Below, in pieces: positions 40,517-49,374 of a stretch of DNA of 64,000 nucleotides (positions are counted from its first letter, which is position 1; every line of letters starts with the position of its first letter). This stretch comes from an uncultured Acidobacteriaceae bacterium (GTDB taxonomy: Bacteria > Acidobacteriota > Terriglobia > Terriglobales > Acidobacteriaceae). The position numbers were made by a program, and so were the translations under genes. The DNA lies in assembly GCA_963720135.1 (NCBI GenBank), contig CAVREJ010000028.1, positions 38,680-102,679 of the forward strand, in the 5' to 3' direction. The notes under the pieces are model-generated. The model did no database searches, was not told where the DNA came from, and saw only the letters and a program-made list of their open reading frames with translations.

Positions 40517-40946
40517 GCAAACGCGGGGTGCTGAGGGCATCGGATAAAGAATAGGATTGCGTGAACACTGAAGTGCACGCGCCGCGATGCATCTTCGCTC
40601 ATGTAACACCACTGGGCCGGAGAGTACCGCTCGTGGCTACTGCCACATTTCCTCCAATAGAAAACCCGCCCTTCGGCGCATAAGAGAGGCCGCCCGATGT
40701 CTCAACCAAGGGTGGCCTCTGTGTTGCAAATTCATCCCCTAAGAAAGGGATTCGCCCTTAACGCTAGACCTCCTATCCGATCATTGCAAGCGCTATTCTC
40801 AACAGATTGCTATGGTTCATACCTCATTTAGTTCTTATCCAATTCGAAATCGCGGCAGACTTCGCCAGGGCTGTAGAATAGGCCGCTTCCCGCCCGTCAT
40901 CATTGTGGACGTAGACAGCCAAGAATCGCTTTGGAGGAGAACGTCG

Positions 40947-41318
40947 ATGCAATTTGCTCTGCTGATCTATCACTTACCGCAGGAGTTTGCGATGAGGGAG
41001 AACGAGTATAACCATCCGCACCTCGCTGCCTGGCGGGCGTACTACAAGGTACTGGTCCAGGCCGACGTTTACGTTACCGGCAACGCCCTTGAAGTGCCAG
41101 AGACCGGAACGACCGTACGACTCAGGGAAGGTAAGCGCTACGTACAGGACGGACCATATGCCGAGACGAAGGAGCAACTGGGAGGTTTCATCATTCTGGA
41201 GCTTCCTTCGATCGACGCCGCGCTCGAATGGGCTGCGCGATGTCCAGGTGCTTCGATCGGCACAGTGGAAGTGCGGCCGCTGTCTCCCGAAACTTTGCGC
41301 CGCGGATTCACAGGATGA
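40947..41318 (+). CDS. YciI-like (YCII/DGPF) family protein
   Basis: Starts MQFALLIY behind a GGAGGAG SD. GPYAETKEQLGGFIILE and the C-terminal EVRP block are typical of YCII-family proteins that precede ECF sigma genes. Confidence 0.75.
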   Translation: MQFALLIYHLPQEFAMRENEYNHPHLAAWRAYYKVLVQADVYVTGNALEVPETGTTVRLREGKRYVQDGPYAETKEQLGGFIILELPSIDAALEWAARCPGASIGTVEVRPLSPETLRRGFTG

Positions 41319-42559
41319 GTGACGGCAACCAGGAGGAGATCTACAGCTCCGTTGAACGAGCCATAGAGCGTGTCGCTCGAGAGTCCTACGGTCGCCTTGT
41401 GGCATATCTGTCCGTCCACACTCACGATTTGAGCAGCGCTGAGGATGCCCTCAGTGAAGCGCTGCTTTCCGCACTTCGAACTTGGCCCTATAACGGCCTG
41501 CCGCAAAACCCGGAAGGGTGGCTGTTAACAGCAGCACGCCGTTCGCTCATCGATGTTGAGCGTCACCAGCGGGTGGTTGCGGGAGCTGAGCCGATGCTTG
41601 TGCTGCTGAAGGAAAACGTCATGGAACCGTTTTTCTCGAGTCCATTTCCAGATGAGCGGCTGAAGTTGCTCTTTGTGTGTGCACACCCGGCGATTGATCC
41701 GGCGATGCACACGCCTCTCATGCTGCAAACCGTGCTGGGCTTAGACGCAGCTCGCATCGCTCATGCTTTCCTTATCCAGCCCAAGACGATGGGCCAGCGG
41801 CTGTTTCGCGCGAAGACGAAGATTCGCGACGGCGGTATTCCGTTTGAAATCCCAGAAGAGCGCGACCTCCCGGAGAGACTCGATGCCGTGCTTGAGGCGA
41901 TCTACGCTGCCTTTGGAATCGGCTGGGACGACATGTTTGGCATTGACCAGCACGGACGCGATCTGGCCGAGGAAGCTATCTGGCTTGCGCGGGCTCTTCT
42001 ACAACTCATGCCCGGCGAGCCAGAGGCTCACGGCCTACTGGCGCTGATGCTGCATTGTGAAGCTCGGCACTCGGCTCGCAGGGCGCCAGACGGCCGCTAT
42101 GTTCCTCTTTCGGAGCAGGACCCCAAGCAATGGTCACTTCCTTTGATCGAAGAGGCCGAACACCATCTCGCCGAGGCGGCCAAACTTTGCCGCCCCGGAA
42201 GGTTTCAGCTTGAGGCTGCAATTCAGTCGGTGCATGCCGAGCGGGCGCTTACGGGTCGTACCGATTGGGCAGCCATAGCGTTGTTCTACCGACAGCTGAT
42301 CCAGATATCACCTACGCTCGGCGCACAGGTTGGATATGCTGCCGCACTCGCGGAAGCGGAAGGGCCGGAAGCCGGACTCGGCGTGTTGGACTCGATTACC
42401 TCTGACGCTCTAGCGCATTATCAACCGCACTGGGCAGTTCGCGCTCACCTCCTGCAATCCCTCGGTAAAACCTATGAGGCCGCAGAGGCTTATGACCGCG
42501 CCATCGGACTGGCCGAAGATCCTGAAGTTCGAGAGTTCCTGCTAAAAAAACGCGGTTGA
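41315..42559 (+). CDS. ECF-type sigma-70 family factor with long C-terminal extension
   Basis: Sigma region 2 (ESYGRLVAYL...AEDALSEA, WLLTAARRSLIDVER) and region 4 (RLFRAKTKI), then about 200 extra helical residues. ATGA overlap with the YciI-like gene. Confidence 0.75.
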   Translation: MSDGNQEEIYSSVERAIERVARESYGRLVAYLSVHTHDLSSAEDALSEALLSALRTWPYNGLPQNPEGWLLTAARRSLIDVERHQRVVAGAEPMLVLLKENVMEPFFSSPFPDERLKLLFVCAHPAIDPAMHTPLMLQTVLGLDAARIAHAFLIQPKTMGQRLFRAKTKIRDGGIPFEIPEERDLPERLDAVLEAIYAAFGIGWDDMFGIDQHGRDLAEEAIWLARALLQLMPGEPEAHGLLALMLHCEARHSARRAPDGRYVPLSEQDPKQWSLPLIEEAEHHLAEAAKLCRPGRFQLEAAIQSVHAERALTGRTDWAAIALFYRQLIQISPTLGAQVGYAAALAEAEGPEAGLGVLDSITSDALAHYQPHWAVRAHLLQSLGKTYEAAEAYDRAIGLAEDPEVREFLLKKRG

Positions 42560-42782
42560 TTTTTCCCCATGTAGAAATGCCCCCTCCCCAGTCGTCATCA
42601 CTGTAGAGACGGCTAAGCGGTGAAGGTGGCCACCTCGGAAGGGGAACACACAATGTGTCCATTTTGTATTGCGACTTTGGGACTGATTGTCGCCGGCGCA
42701 GTTTCTACGGGCGGACTGGCAGCACTTACCGTGAAAGTGTCTGAAAAGAAGAATAATTCAACACAATTCAAACTGAACTCAA

Positions 42783-43295
42783 ATGAATGATTATGCGAAT
42801 GGATACGACGAACACGGGAAATCGCTCGGTCCTGAGCCTCGGCAAAGGGGCGATGCGGCCGGCTCCATGCAGACAACTCTGCGTGATTATGCGCGATTTG
42901 TGCAAGCCGTGTTGAGCGGAGCGATCCCTGAAAAAGCGGAACGGAAGCTGATGCTCAGTCCTCAGATTCAGATCATGTCAAAGCATGAATTCCCCACGCT
43001 ATCCACTGAAACGACGACCGAGAATCGTGCGATACGCCTCAGTTACGGACTCGGCTGGGCCCTCTTCTGGACGCCGTATGGAAAAGCCCTTTTCAAGGAA
43101 GGACATGACGAGGGTTGGCGTCATTACGTTGTCTGTTTCGGCAAACCCAAGTCTGGGATGCTCATCATGACCAACAGTTCTAACGGCGAGGATATCTACG
43201 GCGGTCTACTGGACACCGTACTCGGAGACAAGTTCACCCCGCTTGAGTGGGAAGGGTTTAGAGCGTCAACAAACATTGCTCAAGGCCACCCATAA
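42783..43295 (+). pseudogene. Serine hydrolase / beta-lactamase-family protein, C-terminal fragment only
   Basis: The 170-aa ORF matches only the C-terminal third of class-C beta-lactamase/PBP-like hydrolases (YGLGW..., HDEGW (H-x-G) block, MLIMTNSSNG). The N-terminal S-x-x-K region is absent. Confidence 0.6.
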
Positions 43296-43432
43296 CGTCT
43301 GCGCGATGGCGGACTTATCAAGCCTGCCGCCCCCGTCCCGAATAACGGGCGACTCTTACCTAATCTTTGTAAGGGAAGGTTTGCCGACCAACCGCCCTGA
43401 AGGTTGAAACTGATCCCGGTCAACACGCAATA

Positions 43433-44227
43433 TCACTTCGAAGCGATCACCGGCTTCACCTGGTCGTATTCCGGGTTCTTCCACAGCTCACTGTGATACT
43501 CCAGAAAGCTCGCGGTGACCTGCGCTACCTCGCTCCCGTAGTATCTGGCAACGATGTGCAGCGCCAGATCCACACCAGAGGTCAAGCCGCCTGCAGTTGC
43601 GATTTTGCCGTTTTCCACGAAGCGCGTTCCACTGACAAAGTGCACTGCGGGATACTTCTTCTCCATGCTCTGCTGGTAGGCATGGTGCGTAGTAGCAGTT
43701 TGGCCGTCGAGCAGTCCATACGCCGCCAGCATCGACGCTCCGGTGCACACCGACATGGTCACATCGGCGTCGGCCGAGTTGGCCAGCAACCACGCTTTCT
43801 GGGCCGCGGTGCGACCGCCCTGAGCCGGAATAACGATGATCTGCGGCTTAGGCCCGTTGTCAAAAGTGTAGTTGGGGACGATGGTCAGTCCATTGGCATC
43901 CACCGGCTTCAGGGAATCGGAAACGGTGTAAACGTTGAACGGCATCACCATATCGTCCCCATCCGATTCATGCCAGGGCTTGCCTTTGGTCGTAAGCATG
44001 GTATCGCTGAAGGCCTCCCATGGGCCGGCAATGTCCATGACGTCGGCGCCCTCCGAGATCAGAAACGCTACGTTGATCTTGCCCGTGGCCGGCGGCTTTA
44101 ATGGGCGGACTTGCGGCGTTGAAGCCGGTATCTTGTCGGGCACCTTCGCGTGACTGATGAAAACTGCCAGGTCGAGAATCCCCACGATTACAACCGCCAC
44201 CCAGAGTCCTTGCTCTGTCCTCCTCAT
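43433..44227 (-). CDS. DJ-1/PfpI family protein with N-terminal membrane anchor or signal
   Basis: GATase1-like core (IVIPAQGG, nucleophile elbow SVCTGASMLA, ATAGGLTSGVDLAL). Start at ATG 44227 behind a GAGGAGGA SD. One hydrophobic N-terminal helix. Confidence 0.75.
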   Translation of the reverse strand: MRRTEQGLWVAVVIVGILDLAVFISHAKVPDKIPASTPQVRPLKPPATGKINVAFLISEGADVMDIAGPWEAFSDTMLTTKGKPWHESDGDDMVMPFNVYTVSDSLKPVDANGLTIVPNYTFDNGPKPQIIVIPAQGGRTAAQKAWLLANSADADVTMSVCTGASMLAAYGLLDGQTATTHHAYQQSMEKKYPAVHFVSGTRFVENGKIATAGGLTSGVDLALHIVARYYGSEVAQVTASFLEYHSELWKNPEYDQVKPVIASK

Positions 44228-44373
44228 ATGATCCTCCTCAGGAACTGCTTGCGTTAGGAGAGAGAGTATCGCGATAATGGTATGTCTCAAATGACATTAG
44301 TCCGACACTTCAGGACATTCTTGCTTTGGGGCCAAGCTAAGTCCCAAATCGCCGGAAAAAGGTCGTATTAGAC

Positions 44374-45390
44374 ATGCGCCTCCCTCGCTATTCTGACGGG
44401 ATGACGGCCATGACGCCCAAACATATCGTTGTCGTCGGCTATGACGACATTACCTCACTCGACCTTTCGGGGCCGCTGGAGGCATTCAGTAGTGCGTTCC
44501 TCGAAGACTCGAAGGGCAACCCACAGCCCTGTTACAAGGTGACGATAGCAGCGCTGGGCCCAAAGACCTTTCGCTCCGAGTCCGGACTTCGCATGACGGC
44601 CAGCTGCTTCCTGAGCTCCCTGCGCCATGTTGACACGCTCCTCATCCCGGGTGGCCGAGCCATGCGGCTCTCGTCCGCTGGTGCCAAGCTGGCAGACTGG
44701 ATCAGCCGCCGGGCCGGCAGCATTCGCCGAGTCGCCTCGGTGTGTACGGGCGTTTTTGGAGTCGCGCCCACCGGGCTGCTCGACGGCCGCCGGGTAACCA
44801 CCCACTGGAGGTTCGCTGCCGAGCTGGCCAGCCGCTTTCCGGCGCTGAAGATTGATGCCAACGCCCTCTACATTCGTGACGGCAAGTTTTACACTTCCGC
44901 CGGGGTTACCGCCGGGATAGATCTTTCTCTCGCCTTGATCGAAGAAGACTTCGGGCCGCAGGTGGCGCTCGCGGTGGCGCGCGAACTGGTCGTGTACATG
45001 AAGCGTCCCGGCGGGCAGGAGCAGTTTTCCGCGCCGCTGAAGTTTCAGGTTGCTTCTACCAGCCGTTTTGCGGATCTGGCGGCATGGATGCTCGGCCACC
45101 TCGATAAAGACCTTTCGGTTGAGGTGTTGGCCGAGCACATGAATCTCTGCCCGCGGCAGTTCTCGCGCCGCTTCAAGATAGAGTTCAACAGCAGTCCCGC
45201 AGCTTTTGTACAGCGCTTGCGGCTGGACGAGGGGCGCAAGCGGCTATCCGCTTCCGGCTCGACCGTCGAGGGCGTTGCCGACTCCGTTGGCTTTCACGAT
45301 CCCGACAGCTTTCGCCGTGCGTTTATGCAACACTTCGGCGTTGCCCCTACACACTATCGCAGCCGTTTCCTGGCTGGCGCGGAAAGCTAA
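44374..45390 (+). CDS. GlxA-family transcriptional regulator (DJ-1/PfpI-like domain + AraC-type HTH)
   Basis: N-terminal DJ-1-like domain (LLIPGG, SVCTGVFGVA). C-terminal AraC HTH (LAEHMNLCPRQFSRRFK..., VADSVGFHDPDSFRRAFMQHFGVAPTHYR). Divergent from the DJ-1/PfpI gene. The start may be 44401 or 44410 instead. Confidence 0.8.
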   Translation: MRLPRYSDGMTAMTPKHIVVVGYDDITSLDLSGPLEAFSSAFLEDSKGNPQPCYKVTIAALGPKTFRSESGLRMTASCFLSSLRHVDTLLIPGGRAMRLSSAGAKLADWISRRAGSIRRVASVCTGVFGVAPTGLLDGRRVTTHWRFAAELASRFPALKIDANALYIRDGKFYTSAGVTAGIDLSLALIEEDFGPQVALAVARELVVYMKRPGGQEQFSAPLKFQVASTSRFADLAAWMLGHLDKDLSVEVLAEHMNLCPRQFSRRFKIEFNSSPAAFVQRLRLDEGRKRLSASGSTVEGVADSVGFHDPDSFRRAFMQHFGVAPTHYRSRFLAGAES

Positions 45391-45568
45391 GCTCCTGGTC
45401 ACCGGAAGGTCTGCACTCTCATCTCCCGCTATACCAGCCATTTTCGTAAGTGATCTCCGACCGAGAACGGGTTCCTATATCGACAGAAATCGCTTAACGG
45501 ACAAACCGGAGATGGGGGAAGAGTTGCCGACCATCCAGGCCTCGAGTTGATCCGGAGTGTGAACAGAT

Positions 45569-46447
45569 TCAAGCCACCAGCAAAATCTTGCCCCCAGCTC
45601 CTTTTTCCACTGCAATATGTCCTTCGCGTGCGTCTCGTAAGGGCAATTTCTGCGAGACGGGAATCTTGAGTCTTCCATCGCGAACTGCTTTGGCCATATA
45701 GAGCGGCGTCTCCGTATCCTGTTTGGAGACAAAGGCAACGGTGCGGACGGAAGGATGGCTGTTGGCGATGTCGGGGACTCCAGTCACGGATGCGAACATG
45801 CCACCGTCTTTAACTTTGCTCAGCAACTGCTCGGCCGTTGCGCCCCGAACTGCGTTGGCGACCACGTCGACGGGAGCAAGCGCATCGAGAGCGGCCTTAT
45901 CGTCAAGAGCAATCACCTGATCCGCTCCAGTACTTTGAGCCTCGTTCAATTGTTTCCTTAAGACGCCGGCAAACACGACTGCTCCCTCGTCCTTTGCTGT
46001 GCAGACAGCCGCACGGCCGACGCCGCCGGCGGCGCCGGAAACTAAGACCGTCTGGCCCGGCTTGACTCCACTTGCCATGGAAATGAGCTGGCTTCCCGTG
46101 ATCGTGACGAGCGGCAGCGCAGCCGCGTCGATGACGTCAATACCGTCGGGGATCTTTGCCAGGATATCGGCCTTGACGGTACATAATTCTGCGTAAGTGT
46201 GGAAAGCCCATGCAAACACGCGATCCCCGACGGAGAACTCGCGCACGTCCGGGCCAAGGCTCACGACAGTTCCGGAGAGATCCCAACCGATGATCGATGG
46301 GAATTCGAGCGGCATACACGACTTTGTTGCATCGGATCGTTGCAGTAGATCGACCGGATTGACACCGGCGGCAGCAACTCGAATCAGGACCTCGCCCTTG
46401 CCCGGTACGGGATCGGAAAAGTCCAAATCCTCCAGTGAGGGCGCCAT
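45569..46447 (-). CDS. Zinc-independent MDR-family NAD(P)H:quinone oxidoreductase-like protein, N-terminus probably truncated
   Basis: GEVLIRVAAAGVNPVD and the cofactor loop VLVSGAAGGVGRAAV. The ORF begins at MAPSLEDLDF directly after an in-frame TGA, about 10 residues short of the usual N-terminal strand. Confidence 0.7.
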   Translation of the reverse strand: MAPSLEDLDFSDPVPGKGEVLIRVAAAGVNPVDLLQRSDATKSCMPLEFPSIIGWDLSGTVVSLGPDVREFSVGDRVFAWAFHTYAELCTVKADILAKIPDGIDVIDAAALPLVTITGSQLISMASGVKPGQTVLVSGAAGGVGRAAVCTAKDEGAVVFAGVLRKQLNEAQSTGADQVIALDDKAALDALAPVDVVANAVRGATAEQLLSKVKDGGMFASVTGVPDIANSHPSVRTVAFVSKQDTETPLYMAKAVRDGRLKIPVSQKLPLRDAREGHIAVEKGAGGKILLVA

Positions 46448-46619
46448 TCACGCGTAGGACTGCCGGTGAGTTGGCAACGAATAGCAGGTCCGACGCCCGG
46501 CGCTCGATGGCAACGGTCAGAAACTGGTCAAGCAGTTTGATTTCGTCCGCTTTCGATTCCTTGGCCGAACGATTTACTTGCTCGACGAGCCGCGTCAATT
46601 CGCCATCGTATTCACTCAT
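46437..46619 (-). pseudogene. PilT/GspE-like ATPase, N-terminal fragment (about 60 codons)
   Basis: MSEYDG...IKLLDQFLTVAIERRASDLLFVANSPAVLRVNGAL matches the N-terminal domain of PilT-type ATPases (..GASDLH...PP.IRV.G..). The ATPase core is missing and the frame runs out of register into the oxidoreductase gene. Confidence 0.5.
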
Positions 46620-47234
46620 ATGCCCCGACGAAAAACCGAGCCTCAAACTCCTGCCTGGCGTGTGTCGCCTTGATCATGCCAGCTCACTCGAAAATAGCAC
46701 TTTGGCATCGGGCGCGGAAAGCTCGTCGCTTCAGTTCCAGAGATCGTGTTCGCTCTCTTTGAGGTTTCCGGCTGCTACCGGTAGTTCACCGAGAATGCCG
46801 ACCGCCTTTCATTTGGTTCAACCGCTGAACTGGGCATAGGCTTAGCCCCGTTTTCAGACCGAGTTTTGTCTTGGGCCTCTGGTGTTGGAGATTTTCCCTT
46901 CCCGTATTTGCTCATTCCAGCCTCCACCGCAGCTGGCCAAGAGCCTGCCGCCTCTCGCTGGCGCATTGGGCGTTTCCCGTCAACCTGACGTAAGTGGACT
47001 TCACGAGCGGCCCGGAGCGGTCAAGGGCGCACTCGGCGCGGCGTAACCGAACTCTTGACGGCGAGGACCGCTCTGCCACCATGACGCGGGGAAGAAAAGA
47101 TGCCCATGGCCTGGGTAGAGAATTTAGTTAAGACCACCACGCCCGAGGCGAGCCCTGTCCCCAATCAGAGCTAAGATTACAGCTGTCAGTCGTCAGCTAA
47201 TGAAACATGGGAGGCGTTCAATGCCTTTTCACCT

Positions 47235-48404
47235 TCAGTGCCGCTCCGGGCCAGGTCTGGCCGGCTGGTTGTGCGGTTGTGGCGCCGGCCGCGCCAACTG
47301 CTGTTGCTCCTGCTGGTGACGCTGCTCCATTTGCATCGTCTGTTGCTGGTGCTGCCGCTCCATCTGCTGCATCTGCTCGTTGGTAGCAGGTTGCTGCGCC
47401 ATCCGCTGATGCTCCTGCTCCTGTTGCTGCGCTAGCTGCTCATGCTCCCGTTGTTCTTGGGCCCTGAGCTGCTCCTGCTGCTGCTGGTATTGCTTGTCTG
47501 CTTGAGAGTTCCCCGTATTCCGAGGCGTCGGCGCGGGAGGAGCAGGGACGTCGCGGGCATGAACCGGGGTCTGGGACCGAGACGGGTTGTTCGGCGGACG
47601 CGGCACGGACGCGGCCGTCTCATTGGGACGTGGGGCCTCGCCGGCACTCCCTTTTGCGGGAGGATGGTATGGCGCTCCTGCCGCGCTGGCACGTTCGACG
47701 CCGTGGCCGCTGAATGCCCCGGGTTTGGCGGTAGCCGCGATCGGTGGTCTGCCCTGATTTGCCTTAGCGCGCAGCTGCGGATTGTTGCGGGCGGCTTCCA
47801 CTTGCTGCTCTTGCGCCGCGACCGGAGCCACATGCCGCTCGCGAGCAGCCGCTTCTTCCGCTGCTGTGGGACTCGCTTCGACACCTCCAGGACCGCGGTT
47901 GTAGCTGACGCGGTTCACGGTGACGTTGTTGACCGTCACGTTATAGACATTGCGAATATTCGTGACATTGATGTTGTTCACCGCGCGGTTGTAGAAAAAC
48001 ACTCCATTGTTCCAGCGTCCGCCTTCGTAACCGTGGCCGAAGTAGCCGAATCCATAAACGATTCCGCCGTAGAAGCCGACCGTCGGTCCCCAGTAGCCGG
48101 CATGGAAAATGTAGGCGCCGCCTTGCCAACCCCACCACGGCGGAGTCCAGAGCAGCCCGACGGCAGGAGCTAGTACCCATGTCCCGGGAACCCAGTAATA
48201 ATCACCGAAGTTAGGATCGTAGGCCCAATAGCCGGGAACCCAGAGATAACCTGGCGCGGGACAAACCGACTGTACATACACGGGCAAAGCCGGCGGACCG
48301 AACGACACCGATATGGCGACCTGGGCGAACGATGCCCCCGAAAGCGAGAGCACGATTACTATAAGGGCGAACAAGATCAGGTGACTGCCTGGGAATTTTT
48401 GCAC
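47235..48404 (-). CDS. Secreted YXWGXW-repeat protein with Gln/Glu-rich C-terminal tail
   Basis: Signal peptide (LSLSGASFAQV). Aromatic/Gly repeats: GYLWVPGYWAY, YYWVPGTWV, WWGWQGG, GYWGP. N/V-rich segment, Pro-rich linker, then the low-complexity QQQEQLRAQEQREHEQLAQQQEQEHQ tail. Confidence 0.65.
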   Translation of the reverse strand: MQKFPGSHLILFALIVIVLSLSGASFAQVAISVSFGPPALPVYVQSVCPAPGYLWVPGYWAYDPNFGDYYWVPGTWVLAPAVGLLWTPPWWGWQGGAYIFHAGYWGPTVGFYGGIVYGFGYFGHGYEGGRWNNGVFFYNRAVNNINVTNIRNVYNVTVNNVTVNRVSYNRGPGGVEASPTAAEEAAARERHVAPVAAQEQQVEAARNNPQLRAKANQGRPPIAATAKPGAFSGHGVERASAAGAPYHPPAKGSAGEAPRPNETAASVPRPPNNPSRSQTPVHARDVPAPPAPTPRNTGNSQADKQYQQQQEQLRAQEQREHEQLAQQQEQEHQRMAQQPATNEQMQQMERQHQQQTMQMEQRHQQEQQQLARPAPQPHNQPARPGPERH

Positions 48405-48727
48405 GAGGCTCCTCCTGTAACTCAGCGACCAGAGATGTTGATTTTATCCGGAATTTCCTTTTTGGCGTCGAAAAGCAATGTGCTTTCAAGGAAGTCGGGC
48501 GCTCGCGCTAGTGTTCGCGCAGGCAGCACATTTCAGCGAAGCAGATCGACAAGGAGTTCCGTCGTGCAGCCTGCGCCAGCATCCGTCGCGGTTTGGCCCC
48601 ACTCTGCCCCGTGAATTGGCCCAATGTCGTCGCGTCAATCGTGCCGATGGCGGCTGCGCTCATCAGAACTATTCCGACCGCAGTCATCGGATGTTCATAA
48701 GGGTTATTGTCGCTCCTGTCGTTCTCG

Positions 48728-48904
48728 CTACTGCAGCTTCTCGTACTCGGCTTTGGCTTGCTGGTAGATGGGGATGTCGGGATCGGCGTCTTTCCAGAGG
48801 GTGAGGAAGTTCTGATACGCAGTGCGGGCTTTGTCGCGGGCGTGGGGGTCGGTCTGAGCTTCGAGCGTATAAGCACGGGCGACTCCCAGCCGCGCCAGCG
48901 CACG
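48728..48904 (-). pseudogene. C-terminal remnant of a TPR-containing protein (about 58 codons, no start)
   Basis: The frame reads [58 protein letters not shown], bounded upstream by an in-frame TAG (48905-48907). I recall this tail motif from TPR/Ser-Thr kinase proteins of Acidobacteriota. Confidence 0.45.
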
Positions 48905-49374
48905 CTATGGCAATCACTCGCCGAGGGGTACTCGTTTCGGGGAGCGCAATCGCGGCTCTCTCCACGCTTTATGGCCCTCACGGGACGGACGACTATCGCC
49001 AGCATTGATCGCACTGTGATCTGGTCGTAGTCGGTTCGTGGATGGTCGGCTACACGGAAGCAATCCACTTTGACGGTTTGTCGCCATCTCGGACAAGTGG
49101 AGCGGCAAACTCCCGAGAAACCGGCTTATGGGACATGTGCCGCACACGAACTCTTGGGTCCCAGTGATGTACCAGAAGAAGACTTGTGGGCAATTGTCGG
49201 GCTCTGCACGCGCGCTTGAGAGCCCTTTTCGGCGTAGGCGAGCAGGAGCACTTACGTTCGCGGTCTCTGCACTGTTTGGCAGTGACGCCCAGTGTCACCT
49301 AATTCCAAAGTGGCGGTGTTCCCCTACACCCCGGTTTTATCTACGCGAACCCACCAGTAAAATAATCTACGCCG

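Noticed and set aside
47238-47520. CTG/CAG-rich low-complexity DNA considered as a microsatellite
   Set aside because: It is imperfect, stays in frame, and encodes the Gln/Glu-rich C-terminal tail of the exported repeat protein. It is not a simple-sequence repeat tract.
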